A stretch of 33,637 nt of DNA from Oligoflexales bacterium (GCA_044236265.1 JBIIGV010000017.1:1-33637); one strand, 5' to 3'; shown: positions 17,808-29,327, counted from the stretch's first letter. The notes: generated by a model from the sequence alone, not told the origin. Numbers and translations: made by a program.

Positions 17808-19733
17808 ATGAATATTCGCCAAATTCAAGAAGCCCGTGAACTTTACGGCATCGACGGTTGGGGTGCGGGTTATTTTGGTATCAACGATCAAGGCCACGTA
17901 GTTGCTAATCCGACTGGCGAGGAACACATTAGCGTATCTTTACCGGATGTGATGGAAGAGGTGCGAAAGAAAGGCCTTACTGCTCCGCTGATTATTCGCT
18001 TCCCCCAAATCATTGAGGGCCAGCTTGAGCGCATGCATCGCTCGTTCAAAAATGCGATTGCTGACAACAACTTCAAAGGTCGCCACATGGGCGTCTTCCC
18101 ATTCAAGGTCAATCAGCGTCGCGAATTCATTGACGCCATTGTCAATGCCGGTCGAAAAGTCGACTACGGTCTTGAGGTTGGAAGTAAAACAGAATTCATC
18201 GCAGCCCTTGGCTACAAACTTCAAGATAGCGCCTTGATGGTTTGCAACGGATTCAAGGACCAGGAATTCATCGACATGGGTTTCATCGCGAAAGCGATGG
18301 GTAAAAACGTTGTGATGGTCGTGGAAGGTCCTGATGAACTGCAGATGATCATCGACCGCGCCGCACATTACAAAGACTGCCCTGAAATCGGACTTCGCGT
18401 ACGTCTTTACTCCAAGGGCTCCGGAAAGTGGGAGAAAAGCTCGGGTGAGCAGTCCAAATTCGGACTTACCACGACAGAGGTGATCCACGCACTTCAGATG
18501 CTTGAAAAGGCAAATTTGACTGAAAAACTCGCCATGCTGCACTTCCACATCGGCAGTCAGATCACCGAAATCAAGAGATTCAAAGGCGCCTTGAAAGAGG
18601 CTGCGCGCGTTTATTCAAAAGTTATCAAATCAGGCTTTAAACCGAATTACTTAAATATTGGTGGCGGCGTAGGCGTAGACTACGACGGCAGTAAGACAAG
18701 CTTTGAGTCTTCAGCCAACTATAGCTTACAAGAATTCGCCAACGACGCTGTCTACGTACTCATGGAAGTCTGTGACAATGAAGGCGTCCCTCACCCAACT
18801 ATCGTCACAGAGTCAGGCCGTGTTATCGCTGCATACCATAGCGTTGTCGTGACAAACATTCGTGAAGTTCAAGGTGCAGACGTCAACATGGATGCCGATG
18901 ACATTCTGGACTTGGAGCATATTGATCAGAGTGCTCACAAAGCTCTTAATGAGTTGCGCTACATCGTAAACAACATGAATCGCAAGAACTACGTCGAGTA
19001 CTACCACGACTCCATCGTTTATCAGGAAGAGCTGTTTACGCTTTTCAACCTTGGCTACTTGCAGCTGAAAGATCGCGCGGTTGCAGAAGAATTATTTCAC
19101 CGAATTTGCCGTAAAGCCTTATACTTTTCGAGCTTCGAGCGCCACACTCAAGAAGAGTTTGAAAATCTCCAGAAGGTGATGGTTTCGAAGTATCTAGCAA
19201 ACTTCTCCATTTTCCAGTCCATCCCAGATTCTTGGTCAATCAATCAGCTTTTCCCGGTGATGCCGCTATCGCGACACGATGAAAAGCCAAACCTCAAAGC
19301 AACAATCGTTGATATCACGTGCGACTCTGACGGATGTCTAACGACGTTCATCGATCGTGCGGATACCAAGACGGTGCTAGAACTTCATCCACCAAGCGAC
19401 TCTCCGTACTACATTGGGTTCTTCCTTGTCGGTGCTTATCAGGAGTCTCTTGCAAATGAGCACAACCTCTTCGGCGCAATTCACGAGGTCGAGGTGCACG
19501 TCAATACAGATGGTGAGTGGGAAATCACAAAAATCACACAAGGTGATCCGATCGATGAGCTTCTCGTAAGCCGCAACTACGACATGACCGAAATCACCGA
19601 CGCCTACATAGCTCAGTTAGACTCGGCTGTAGAAAAAAGCAGGATGACCCAAGAAGCCAAAGCCCAGGCCTTCGAAAAACTGGTTAAATATACAAAGGGT
19701 TACCCGTACCTCATTGAAACTGCTCAACCTTAA
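17808..19733 (+). CDS. speA: Biosynthetic arginine decarboxylase
   Basis: YGIDGWGAGYF, FPFKVNQ (PLP Lys), GLEVGSKTE, KFGL, HFHIGSQI, GGGVGVDYDG, ESGR, NFSIFQSIPDSW, DITCDSDG, GAYQE. ATG 17808 follows GAGG; GTG 17790 is an alternative start. Confidence 0.97.
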   Translation: MNIRQIQEARELYGIDGWGAGYFGINDQGHVVANPTGEEHISVSLPDVMEEVRKKGLTAPLIIRFPQIIEGQLERMHRSFKNAIADNNFKGRHMGVFPFKVNQRREFIDAIVNAGRKVDYGLEVGSKTEFIAALGYKLQDSALMVCNGFKDQEFIDMGFIAKAMGKNVVMVVEGPDELQMIIDRAAHYKDCPEIGLRVRLYSKGSGKWEKSSGEQSKFGLTTTEVIHALQMLEKANLTEKLAMLHFHIGSQITEIKRFKGALKEAARVYSKVIKSGFKPNYLNIGGGVGVDYDGSKTSFESSANYSLQEFANDAVYVLMEVCDNEGVPHPTIVTESGRVIAAYHSVVVTNIREVQGADVNMDADDILDLEHIDQSAHKALNELRYIVNNMNRKNYVEYYHDSIVYQEELFTLFNLGYLQLKDRAVAEELFHRICRKALYFSSFERHTQEEFENLQKVMVSKYLANFSIFQSIPDSWSINQLFPVMPLSRHDEKPNLKATIVDITCDSDGCLTTFIDRADTKTVLELHPPSDSPYYIGFFLVGAYQESLANEHNLFGAIHEVEVHVNTDGEWEITKITQGDPIDELLVSRNYDMTEITDAYIAQLDSAVEKSRMTQEAKAQAFEKLVKYTKGYPYLIETAQP

Positions 19734-19779
19734 ACCAAGAGCCAAAAAAGCTAAAAACCTCAGTAAAAGCATATGCCTG

Positions 19780-19810
19780 AGCCCGATACAACTTTTGTCA
19801 TCGGGCTTTC
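19780..19810 (+). terminator. Probable intrinsic terminator of speA
   Basis: AGCCCGAT(19780-19787)...ATCGGGCT(19800-19807) stem followed by a short T tract. Confidence 0.55.
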
Positions 19811-19814
19811 GCAT

Positions 19815-19841
19815 TTAAGGATAAATTCGTTCTTCCGATAC
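19815..19841 (+). promoter_or_regulatory. Candidate sigma28 (FliA) promoter
   Basis: TTAAG-N15-CCGATA matches the spacing of TAAAG-N15-CCGATA; lies just after the speA terminator and 61 nt before ATG 19902. Confidence 0.45.
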
Positions 19842-19901
19842 CCCCTTACGGAGATGATTGCATCATCACGGTCGGTTTCAGGTACGAAGACGGAGAGTTT
19901 C

Positions 19902-20378
19902 ATGAGTATTACAAGCCAAATTGCCCGTAACGGTGACTGGGAGAAGTTAAGCCTTTTTGGGCCAATAAATGAGGATGCTGAAGTGCATCTTCCCAAGCTT
20001 GTTCAAGCTCTCGGAAAGAATGTCATCATCAACTTCAAGCAAGTCGAGTCTGTGAATTCTTGTGGCGTACGCGCATGGATTACCTTTATGCGCGAATTAG
20101 AAAAAGGCCGTACACTCGTTTTTGAAGAGTGCACCCCAGACATCGTTAGCCAGATCAACATGATTCCAAACTTTCGCGGCAAGGCTCAGGTTCAATCTGT
20201 CTATGCAAGCTACACATGTCCAAGCTGTGGAAATCAGCAACAGCATCTTTTTGTGAAGGGACAGAATCTCCCGGCGGCTGCCAGTGATGGCGGTGGTCAG
20301 GTTAATTGCGCAAAGTGCGGAAAGCCGACGGAGATGGATGAATTGGAAGAAGAGTTTTTTGCCTGGGTTGAAGCTTAA
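19902..20378 (+). CDS. STAS-like (anti-anti-sigma type) domain fused to a C4 zinc ribbon
   Basis: LFGPINED, INFKQVESVNSCGVRAW (STAS Ser motif), then CPSC and CAKC. ATG 19902 with GGAGAG RBS, not the 19773 start in the track. Confidence 0.8.
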   Translation: MSITSQIARNGDWEKLSLFGPINEDAEVHLPKLVQALGKNVIINFKQVESVNSCGVRAWITFMRELEKGRTLVFEECTPDIVSQINMIPNFRGKAQVQSVYASYTCPSCGNQQQHLFVKGQNLPAAASDGGGQVNCAKCGKPTEMDELEEEFFAWVEA

Positions 20379-20398
20379 TAAGGATGTTGGGAGCAGAG

Positions 20399-21361
20399 AT
20401 GACGGCGACAAATGAACAAGTCTTAGAGGCATTCAAGCCATTTGAGCAGTTTTGCAAGGCGATGCTTGATGCGTACCTTGTTGTGAATGCTCAGGGAAAA
20501 ATCTTGAAGTCAAATCCAGCTGCCGCACTGGTCACTGGAATCACCTCAAAGCAGCTTTTGAAAATTGATTCTTTCAACAGCGCTTTATCGCTGTCCATCA
20601 TGGAAAAGCCAATTACGGCGGCGGAAATTTTACAAAATGCAGTTCCGACCAGAATTGACGACTTGATTGGTACAACAAATCAAGGGACGGACTTGAATCT
20701 AACCATCGGATATTTTCCGTTCCTTTTGGACGGCCAAGTCATTGGCGCATTCATACTGCTTCGCGATGTAACGGCCGAGACGCAGCTCCAAGGAAAATAT
20801 AAAGACAAGGCTTCAAAGTCGATCACCGACCCACTGACGGGGCTATTTAATCGCGCTCACTTTGAAGAGTACATGAACGTGGAAGAAAAGCGCATCGTCG
20901 GTCTGCCGGTTGGTAATGACCATCGCAATCTCTCAGTGATCATGGGCGATATTGACCACTTCAAAAAGATCAACGATAAATACGGTCACCCTGCTGGGGA
21001 CTTCGTCATAAAAACAGTCGCCAGCATTTTCCAAAAGACCTTCCGCAAAACGGATATTGTCTGCAGATATGGCGGAGAAGAATTTTTAGTTATTCTTCCA
21101 GCTAGTGATCATACGGGAGCCCGTATTGCTGCTGAGAAGGTTCGCCAAGCGATCGAGTCTCAGGTTTTTGATTTTCAGGGAACGATCATTCCTGTGACCA
21201 TGTCTCTTGGCGTGGCTCAGCTGATTGTAGGACAAGAGCACGGTAAGGATGCTATTGCGCGGGCGGATGCTGCGCTCTACCAGTCCAAGCAAAACGGTAG
21301 AAACCAGGTGCGAGTCCACACGGGAGCCGATGTTGTTGCTTCCGCAACCAACGCCGCTTAA
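20399..21361 (+). CDS. PAS-GGDEF diguanylate cyclase
   Basis: PAS: DAYLVVNAQGKILKSNPAA...LRDVT; TDPLTGLFNR, DIDHFKKINDKYGHPAGD, I-site RKTD, A-site GGEEF, ADAALYQSKQNGRN. Confidence 0.95.
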   Translation: MTATNEQVLEAFKPFEQFCKAMLDAYLVVNAQGKILKSNPAAALVTGITSKQLLKIDSFNSALSLSIMEKPITAAEILQNAVPTRIDDLIGTTNQGTDLNLTIGYFPFLLDGQVIGAFILLRDVTAETQLQGKYKDKASKSITDPLTGLFNRAHFEEYMNVEEKRIVGLPVGNDHRNLSVIMGDIDHFKKINDKYGHPAGDFVIKTVASIFQKTFRKTDIVCRYGGEEFLVILPASDHTGARIAAEKVRQAIESQVFDFQGTIIPVTMSLGVAQLIVGQEHGKDAIARADAALYQSKQNGRNQVRVHTGADVVASATNAA

Positions 21362-21370
21362 TTCTAAAAA

Positions 21371-21406
21371 ATGAAAGCCTGCGCGAAAACGCGCAGGCTT
21401 TTTCAT
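21371..21406. terminator. Bidirectional rho-independent terminator
   Basis: Perfect 12-bp stem AAAGCCTGCGCG-AAAA-CGCGCAGGCTTT flanked by A and T tracts, between convergent genes. Confidence 0.9.
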
Positions 21407-21430
21407 ATCTGAGACCAAAGATTAGCTAAG

Positions 21431-21865
21431 TTAGTTAAGAGTCGATGAACCATTCATCCACTGGTCTGCTAATTCTTCGAGCTTTTCGTTCAAAATTTGG
21501 CCACGCATTTGAAGCTCAATACCATCACACTCGTAGCTGGACCAATCGATGGTCAAATAGGTTTCTTCACCACCAGACAAATACTCTTGAAGGTACGCAT
21601 CAATGAAATCCAAGAGGAAATCTCTGGCCTGATCCATTTTCATATCCTGATCAGCATAAAGCATGCGCGCTTCAATAGGGTAAACAAACGAACGGTCGGC
21701 TGTCTTTAGTGTCACTTTCAAATATAATGCTGGCCCATCGAGATGACCTTCGACTTCAAAATATCGTTTGCCCAACCAGCTCCCATATTTACGCTCCAGC
21801 ATTTCAGCCAAAGTTTTCTTTTGTTCTGAACCCATAACTTTTGCATGATCAACTGTCATATTCAT
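21431..21865 (-). CDS. Conserved-looking acidic hypothetical protein
   Basis: 144 aa; ATGA overlap with the upstream gene; GAGG RBS. Confidence 0.8.
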   Translation of the reverse strand: MNMTVDHAKVMGSEQKKTLAEMLERKYGSWLGKRYFEVEGHLDGPALYLKVTLKTADRSFVYPIEARMLYADQDMKMDQARDFLLDFIDAYLQEYLSGGEETYLTIDWSSYECDGIELQMRGQILNEKLEELADQWMNGSSTLN

Positions 21866-23280
21866 TGCAACACCTCATTACCAGCAACACCCATAATCTT
21901 TCTCACACCAGTTAAAAGAGTTGAAAAGTCTTGGCGCGTTGCAATCGGTCTAAATCTCGCTCGCTTGATATGGTCAATCTCAATGATCTCATCTTGGACC
22001 ATGGGGAAGCGATTAAACAGGCCTTTAACCATCTCGCACGCTTCGAAGCCGAGAACATCCAAAAACTCACGATCTATGAGCCACAATGCAGCACCATATT
22101 TTCCAGACTTCCACAACAAATCAAGCCTCTGAGCCGTCTGATGATTAACTGCTTGCAGACGACTAATCGCCTCTGACCTGATTGCATCGACAGTGGAAAG
22201 AGCAAATTGGAAAATAGTTTTTGGATATTCCGAGAACAAGATCTCAACACCCTTGGCCGTATCCCCGTCAGCTAAAACTTCAAGACCATAGCTCACCAAA
22301 AATCTAACTTGCTGAAGCAAACTAGACAATCCATTGACGTCATCAGGAGCCACATTGCACGCAGAAGAAACTGAGTTTGCAAGGTAAGCAAAGCTTCGCT
22401 GTAGATTTTCCAATGCCACCGTATCAACCTGACCAGAGGTCGAGGCTGCGGCCAAAACTAAATCAAGGAACAATGCAGAGGAGTCCGACGTGGAAACCAT
22501 TTTATTTTGATCTTGGTCCGCGTTAGACGCCCATCGCCTGTATAAAGGCTCTCCATCATAACGACTGAAAAGGCTCAAGCTCTCTTCCTTCGTGACAAAG
22601 CCATCCTCTTCAAGTCTCGCATCGCGGAACTGCTTAATAAGGGCTTCTTGTTCGTTAGGAGGCAACATGGCGGCCATCCCTAACAACGAGTATACGTATG
22701 CTGCATCTTCACCGATTGAAGCACTAATCATGCTGTGTACAAATTCTTGAACCTTTTCATCGCCATCTTTTACTCGCCACCACAGGGTATTGCAGGGCAT
22801 AGCCGTAAATTTGTCTTGTTCCTCTTGGGCCAAGGTTTCAAAGGCTTCCTCATCCACCATTTCAATGAAAGGGTTTAGCAGAGCAACTTGGTACTCTTCA
22901 TCGAGCTCCCTAAATCGTCGGTACAATTGTTCTGGACCTAAGTTTTTATAGAGATCAAGCCAGCGGATAGCCTGGTACACTGATAAACGTCCATCCTGCC
23001 AAGCTTCATGATCAATGATCGCAACAAACTGCTCACTGGAAAGAAGCGGTAGAACCTCAAGCGCATCCTCAGGTCCTTCAGAAACCAAAGCTAGATACAT
23101 GTCTCCACGAGGCACAGCCTGGGCCGCGGCCACTGGATCTTTAGCATCAAGGATGGCTTTAAAGTTTACTGCAGGCAGTAAACCACCTGATTTCATGGGA
23201 AAATGGCTCTTCCAGACCAGAGACTGCCACCCAGTGTCTAATGAATGAATGACGGCGTCTTCTGATAAACGAGCGGTCAT
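21862..23280 (-). CDS. DUF6178-like protein (acidic, alpha-helical)
   Basis: GDMYLALVSEGPEDALEVLPLLSSEQFVAIIDHEAW...WL and FRDARLEEDGF resemble DUF6178 proteins as I recall them; not verified by search. Confidence 0.65.
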   Translation of the reverse strand: MTARLSEDAVIHSLDTGWQSLVWKSHFPMKSGGLLPAVNFKAILDAKDPVAAAQAVPRGDMYLALVSEGPEDALEVLPLLSSEQFVAIIDHEAWQDGRLSVYQAIRWLDLYKNLGPEQLYRRFRELDEEYQVALLNPFIEMVDEEAFETLAQEEQDKFTAMPCNTLWWRVKDGDEKVQEFVHSMISASIGEDAAYVYSLLGMAAMLPPNEQEALIKQFRDARLEEDGFVTKEESLSLFSRYDGEPLYRRWASNADQDQNKMVSTSDSSALFLDLVLAAASTSGQVDTVALENLQRSFAYLANSVSSACNVAPDDVNGLSSLLQQVRFLVSYGLEVLADGDTAKGVEILFSEYPKTIFQFALSTVDAIRSEAISRLQAVNHQTAQRLDLLWKSGKYGAALWLIDREFLDVLGFEACEMVKGLFNRFPMVQDEIIEIDHIKRARFRPIATRQDFSTLLTGVRKIMGVAGNEVLQ

Positions 23281-23448
23281 GGGGCCCCCTGAATATGGAA
23301 ATGGAGCGGGGTTTTACCAAAGGCAGTGCTAAATTGCAACTTTTTTAATCAGAGGCTGATGCCCGGATGATTTAATGATTCCCTTGGATTAGGACTTCGA
23401 GTTATAACCCGGACCTTGATGAAATCCTGTCCAGGAGAGCCGTCTACA

Positions 23449-24519
23449 GTGAACGAACATACGACGACACAATGTCAGAGCTCCAAGACCCTAGGGTTGG
23501 ATTATCCAGCTCTCGGCTTTGATCTGGCAAACCTGGAACCCAAAAAACTCATCGACGAGGCATTGGTTCCCGTTTCGTCAAGTTTGGTAAAACTGGCACC
23601 AGAACTTAAAGACCTTCTAAAAGCCAACACCGCGTCTAGTAAACACATTATTGATTATGTCTTTGCTGGTAGCGGAAAAAGAATCCGGCCGGCACTGTAT
23701 TTTTTTGCCAGTCGACTCGTAGAGTACAAGGGACCACACCTGATGCCCATCGCAGCTGTGTGTGAATATGTTCATACCGCAAGCCTTCTTCATGACGATG
23801 TCATTGATAACAGCACCCTTCGCCGAGGCAAACCAACTCCCAACTCAATCTGGGGAGATGAGTCTGCTGTGTTGGTCGGTGATTTAATCTATGCTCGTGC
23901 CAGTGAACTCATGGCAGAGACAGGAAGCCTGGAAATAGTGTCGATGTTTGCCAAGGCCATCCGGCTCATGAGTGATGGTGAACTGCTGCAGTTAGAGCAC
24001 CTCTACAACCCCGTGATGCCTGAGGACGCCTATTTCAGAATTATTGAGCACAAGACGGCCGTTCTTCTGGCTGCCGCTTGTCGAGCTCCAGCAGTACTTG
24101 GAGACAAAACCCAAGAAATACGGGACGCTCTTGCGGAATTCGGTCGATGCGTGGGTTATGCATTTCAGCTTTTAGATGATGCTTTAGACTACGCTGGTTC
24201 AGAGACAATTTTTGGCAAAAAAACCCTCTCTGATTTACCAGAGGGTAAGGTGACTCTGCCAATTATTCTCCTTCGATCGCTCGCGACGGAAAGTGAGTGG
24301 GCTCAGGTCGAATCATTGATCCACTCTGAAGAGATATCCCCAGCCTCGATGTTGAAAGTTCTGGATCTCGTTAATCGCTATGACACAGCTGGCAAAACTC
24401 TTGAGCTTGCGGAGCAGTGGACAGAGCGAGCATTAACTGCCCTACACTTTTTCCCTCCATCACCAGCTCGGACTGACATGGAAGTTCTTGCGCGCCGATT
24501 ACTGATGCGCTTTTCTTGA
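23449..24519 (+). CDS. ispB: Long-chain trans-polyprenyl diphosphate synthase (IspB-like)
   Basis: GKRIRP, HTASLLHDDVID...RRG (FARM), VLVGD, KTA, AFQLLDDALD (SARM), EGKVTLP. GTG 23449 with AGGAG RBS. Confidence 0.88.
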   Translation: MNEHTTTQCQSSKTLGLDYPALGFDLANLEPKKLIDEALVPVSSSLVKLAPELKDLLKANTASSKHIIDYVFAGSGKRIRPALYFFASRLVEYKGPHLMPIAAVCEYVHTASLLHDDVIDNSTLRRGKPTPNSIWGDESAVLVGDLIYARASELMAETGSLEIVSMFAKAIRLMSDGELLQLEHLYNPVMPEDAYFRIIEHKTAVLLAAACRAPAVLGDKTQEIRDALAEFGRCVGYAFQLLDDALDYAGSETIFGKKTLSDLPEGKVTLPIILLRSLATESEWAQVESLIHSEEISPASMLKVLDLVNRYDTAGKTLELAEQWTERALTALHFFPPSPARTDMEVLARRLLMRFS

Positions 24520-24542
24520 GATTAGTACCCGGAGACGAAACA

Positions 24543-25904
24543 TTGCTGCAGCAACAACAGGCGCAACTGCAATTAACTCACCTCGAAAAAACAGAGACTC
24601 ACTGGAACGAGTGGGTCATGGGCAATGGTCTACGCTGCCTACACATACCCCTGCCAAAGGACGATCCCCGCTTTCAGATGACCCTTCTCATCGGCACAGG
24701 CAGCCGCCACGAGCCTGCAGAACTTTCTGGTATCAGCCACCTACTTGAGCACATGCTATTTCGTGGTTCATCAAAGTACCCATCTTTCTCTGACCTTAGT
24801 GCAGCATTCGAGAGTCTCGGAGGGGAGTGGAATGCTGCCACAGGACATGAGTATACGGAGTTCTACGTCAACGGCACCACTGCCCGCATGGATGAAGCCA
24901 TTGAGCTTTTTGCCGACTTTATCCTTAGACCTGCCCTCTCTGACCTAGACACAGAGCGCCGTATCGTGCTCAGAGAGCTTGAAGGCGAACTAAATGAAAA
25001 TGGAATCAGCACTGATCCAGATTTTCATATTGCCACTAAAATTTGGCCTAACACCTCTATGGCCATGCCAATCATTGGCACACCGGAAACCTTGGGAAAG
25101 ATTGCGTCCGAAAATTTACGTGATTGGTTTAATCGTTGGTACGCACCTAATAACGCCGTGATCTGTTGCGTTGGTGGCAATTATGAGACCATCCAAAATT
25201 TACTGCACAAGAACTTTGGAGGCTGGAAACCTCAAAAACATGTGAAGCAGCCTCCAACACAAAAAACTGGCTTCAAAGGACCTTGTGCTTTTTGGGTGGA
25301 AAATAGCGACAACGAATATCAGATTCAAATTAGCTTTGTTTGTGACGGTACCGGAAGCAGCAATACCGCCGCTTACGAAATGTTATCGCGGGTATTGTCA
25401 GACGGATTTAGTAGCCGGCTAACTAAACGCATCAGAGAGGAATTGGGACTAGTTTACGACATTAGCTCGGATGTCCATCAATACGACGGCAGCGGCCTAT
25501 TTAACATCAGCGCCAGTGTGCTAGGCGAGAATATCCGACCGTTTTTTAAAGAAGTGTTCTCCGTAGTCAAATCTCTAACTAAAACACAGATCCCCAGTCA
25601 GGAGCTTCTGCGCCATCAGCACCGGGCACTTGTCGATCTTGATATAACGACCTCTGAGCCGGCAGCATTGGCTTGGCGCGGAAGCTGGGCTAAAATTTCA
25701 AGTACTGAAGCAAAACTTTCTGTTTGGGCAAAACGATACTCTGCGTTGACGTCTGAGAACTTAAAAGAGACCGCTTTGAATCTGTTCACTCTTGAAGGCC
25801 TCTGCGTCACAGCACTCGGCCCCGCTGAACACAATCTACAGCAGGAACTTAATCAGATCGTTAAAGCGTCCTGGCAGGAAGTTGACTCAGCCTCAACAAA
25901 TTGA
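24543..25904 (+). CDS. M16 family zinc peptidase
   Basis: GISHLLEHMLFRG (HxxEH), WNAATGHEYT, ERRIVLRE, SRLTKRIREELGLVY. TTG 24543 has a GGAG RBS; TTG 24516 is an alternative start. Confidence 0.93.
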   Translation: MLQQQQAQLQLTHLEKTETHWNEWVMGNGLRCLHIPLPKDDPRFQMTLLIGTGSRHEPAELSGISHLLEHMLFRGSSKYPSFSDLSAAFESLGGEWNAATGHEYTEFYVNGTTARMDEAIELFADFILRPALSDLDTERRIVLRELEGELNENGISTDPDFHIATKIWPNTSMAMPIIGTPETLGKIASENLRDWFNRWYAPNNAVICCVGGNYETIQNLLHKNFGGWKPQKHVKQPPTQKTGFKGPCAFWVENSDNEYQIQISFVCDGTGSSNTAAYEMLSRVLSDGFSSRLTKRIREELGLVYDISSDVHQYDGSGLFNISASVLGENIRPFFKEVFSVVKSLTKTQIPSQELLRHQHRALVDLDITTSEPAALAWRGSWAKISSTEAKLSVWAKRYSALTSENLKETALNLFTLEGLCVTALGPAEHNLQQELNQIVKASWQEVDSASTN

Positions 25905-25916
25905 TGGAGACATTTG

Positions 25917-26984
25917 ATGTCGCGCGAAAAAGTCGACCCTCGAATTGGACTTTGGATCTTTATGGCCGTTACGGCCTTTTTCTTGTTCATGATTGTTTTA
26001 ATCGCAAGACCATTTATCGTCGCGCTTATTGCTGGCGGAATGATGGCTTTGATTCTTAATCCATGGTTTCGAATTTTGTTAAGACGGATGCCCCGTTATG
26101 TCGCTGCTGCGGTTGCAACGCTTTCCATGGCCGTATTGGTTATTGTCCCCATGCTCGTTTTGGCTGGAGTCGCCCTGCGAGACGCTACCACGTTTACAAA
26201 TTACCTCTCCAGTGAAGCATCGCACGCTCTGTTTCGGGATTGGTGGTCCCACTGGCAAGTCACTTTAGAGGGAACTGCTCGCACATATCTCCCATGGTTT
26301 GAGGGCTTAGATCTTGAAGATAACGCCATTTTAGCCATCAAAATGCTCCTTGATTGGACCAGCAGTACGGTCATACGGATTGCTGGTGATACTCCGGCAC
26401 TAATTCTGCAACTGGTCATGGGAATTTTAAGTTGCTATTTCTTCCTAGTTGATGGCCCGAGCTTTTTGGGTTGGCTTAAGAAAATTCTCCCGATGTCCGA
26501 GAGTATTCAAAGTGAAATAGCCAAGTCTTTCAGAGATGCCACGCGGTCTACTTTGATGGCAAGTCTAGCGGCTGCCCTAGCGCAGGCGGCAGTTGTTGTT
26601 CTGACATTCTTAATGCTTGGAATACCCGGGGCTGCATTGGCTACCGGTGCCACATTCGTATTTGCCTGGATTCCTGTTTTAGGGTCAGCACCAGTTTTCC
26701 TGCTTGCTGCCATTTGGGCCATTATTCAGAAGGCTTGGTGGTCGTTGGTAATTATTTTAGTGGCAAGCGTCATAACTGGATTAATCGATAATTTTATCAG
26801 ACCGCTCGTGCTTAAAGGCGGAAGCGATATGCACCCGCTGATCAGCTTGGTAGCAATTCTTGGCGGAGTCGAATTCTTCGGTCTTTTGGGCGTATTACTT
26901 GGCCCAGTTATCGTTGCAATGTTTTTAGCGTGCGCTAAGGTCTGGCCTTATTTTTTACGTAGATCAGCAAGCACTAATCAGTAG
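25917..26984 (+). CDS. AI-2E family (PerM/YdiK-like) transporter
   Basis: YFFLVDG, WIPVLGS, IDNFIRP, HPLISLVAILGGVEFFGLLGVLLGPVI. Confidence 0.93.
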   Translation: MSREKVDPRIGLWIFMAVTAFFLFMIVLIARPFIVALIAGGMMALILNPWFRILLRRMPRYVAAAVATLSMAVLVIVPMLVLAGVALRDATTFTNYLSSEASHALFRDWWSHWQVTLEGTARTYLPWFEGLDLEDNAILAIKMLLDWTSSTVIRIAGDTPALILQLVMGILSCYFFLVDGPSFLGWLKKILPMSESIQSEIAKSFRDATRSTLMASLAAALAQAAVVVLTFLMLGIPGAALATGATFVFAWIPVLGSAPVFLLAAIWAIIQKAWWSLVIILVASVITGLIDNFIRPLVLKGGSDMHPLISLVAILGGVEFFGLLGVLLGPVIVAMFLACAKVWPYFLRRSASTNQ

Positions 26985-27026
26985 TCTAAAATTTGGCATG
27001 TGATTTTTTTGACGCGGGCAATCGAC

Positions 27027-27866
27027 TTAGCGAGTCCAGTGCGACGAGTGAAATTTGATGTGCTCTTCAACAAATGAGGCGATGAAGTAATAGCTATGAT
27101 CATAGCCTTGCCTCAAATTTAAAATCACCTTTTGCTTTGTTCCTTGCGCAGCCAGAACCAATCTCTCGGGGCGTAATTGAGATTCGAGAAACTGATCCGA
27201 GACACCCTGATCGATAAGTAGTGGCTGTTGATGGCAATGTCCTGATCTTATCAGCTCACAAGCATCATATTGACGACCCAAACTCCCAGCCTCGGATCCA
27301 AAGTATCCATTAAATGCCTTCTCACCCCAAGGGCAACTCAGGGGATTCACAATCGGAGCAAAAGCCGAAATCGATTTAAATTTTGCCGCCTCACGAAGTC
27401 CCACCACAAGAGCTCCATGCCCTCCCATCGAGTGGCCCATGATGGAAATGTTTTCGGCCACTGAAAATTCATTTACGACCAAATCATAAAGTTCTTTGGC
27501 AACATAACTGTACATGCGGTAGTGGTCAGAATACCCAGCTGTGACAGCATCAACGTAAAATCCTGCGCCAGCTCCAAAGTCCCAATGATCATGCTCTCCG
27601 GGTAAACCAAGCCCTCGTGGAGAGGTGTCGGGACAAATCACGATTGCCCCCGCTCTGGATAAAAAGCTTTGCGCCCCAGCTTTCGTCATAAAGTTTTCGT
27701 CGGTACAGGTAAGACCAGACAGCCAAATGATGGCGCCGCGGATTTCACAGTCTGGGATGAAATACGAAAACTTCATCTTTGTTTTAGTTTGATGAGAGTC
27801 GTGTTCGGCAAATCGAACCCATCCATCGAAGCAACGATGCTCTTTCAAAACCACAAAAGACGCCAT
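27027..27866 (-). CDS. fghA: S-formylglutathione hydrolase
   Basis: WLSGLTCTDENF, PDTSPRG, WDFGAGAGFYVDA, GHSMGGHG, YDHSYYFIASF; ATG 27866. Confidence 0.96.
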   Translation of the reverse strand: MASFVVLKEHRCFDGWVRFAEHDSHQTKTKMKFSYFIPDCEIRGAIIWLSGLTCTDENFMTKAGAQSFLSRAGAIVICPDTSPRGLGLPGEHDHWDFGAGAGFYVDAVTAGYSDHYRMYSYVAKELYDLVVNEFSVAENISIMGHSMGGHGALVVGLREAAKFKSISAFAPIVNPLSCPWGEKAFNGYFGSEAGSLGRQYDACELIRSGHCHQQPLLIDQGVSDQFLESQLRPERLVLAAQGTKQKVILNLRQGYDHSYYFIASFVEEHIKFHSSHWTR

Positions 27867-27885
27867 GCACTCACTCTCGCTAATT

Positions 27886-29327
<1,442 letters not shown>

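Noticed and set aside
17940..18548. 202-aa antisense ORF within speA, and similar shadow ORFs in purK, frmA and maeB
   Set aside because: Expected by-product of codon bias in well-conserved genes; no motifs.
19773..19901. 43-aa N-terminal extension of the STAS protein
   Set aside because: It runs through the speA terminator and the candidate promoter; ATG 19902 has the RBS.
24543..24575. Gln-rich N-terminus of the M16 peptidase as a tandem repeat or phase-variable tract
   Set aside because: Mixed CAG/CAA codons, very short, not a perfect repeat.
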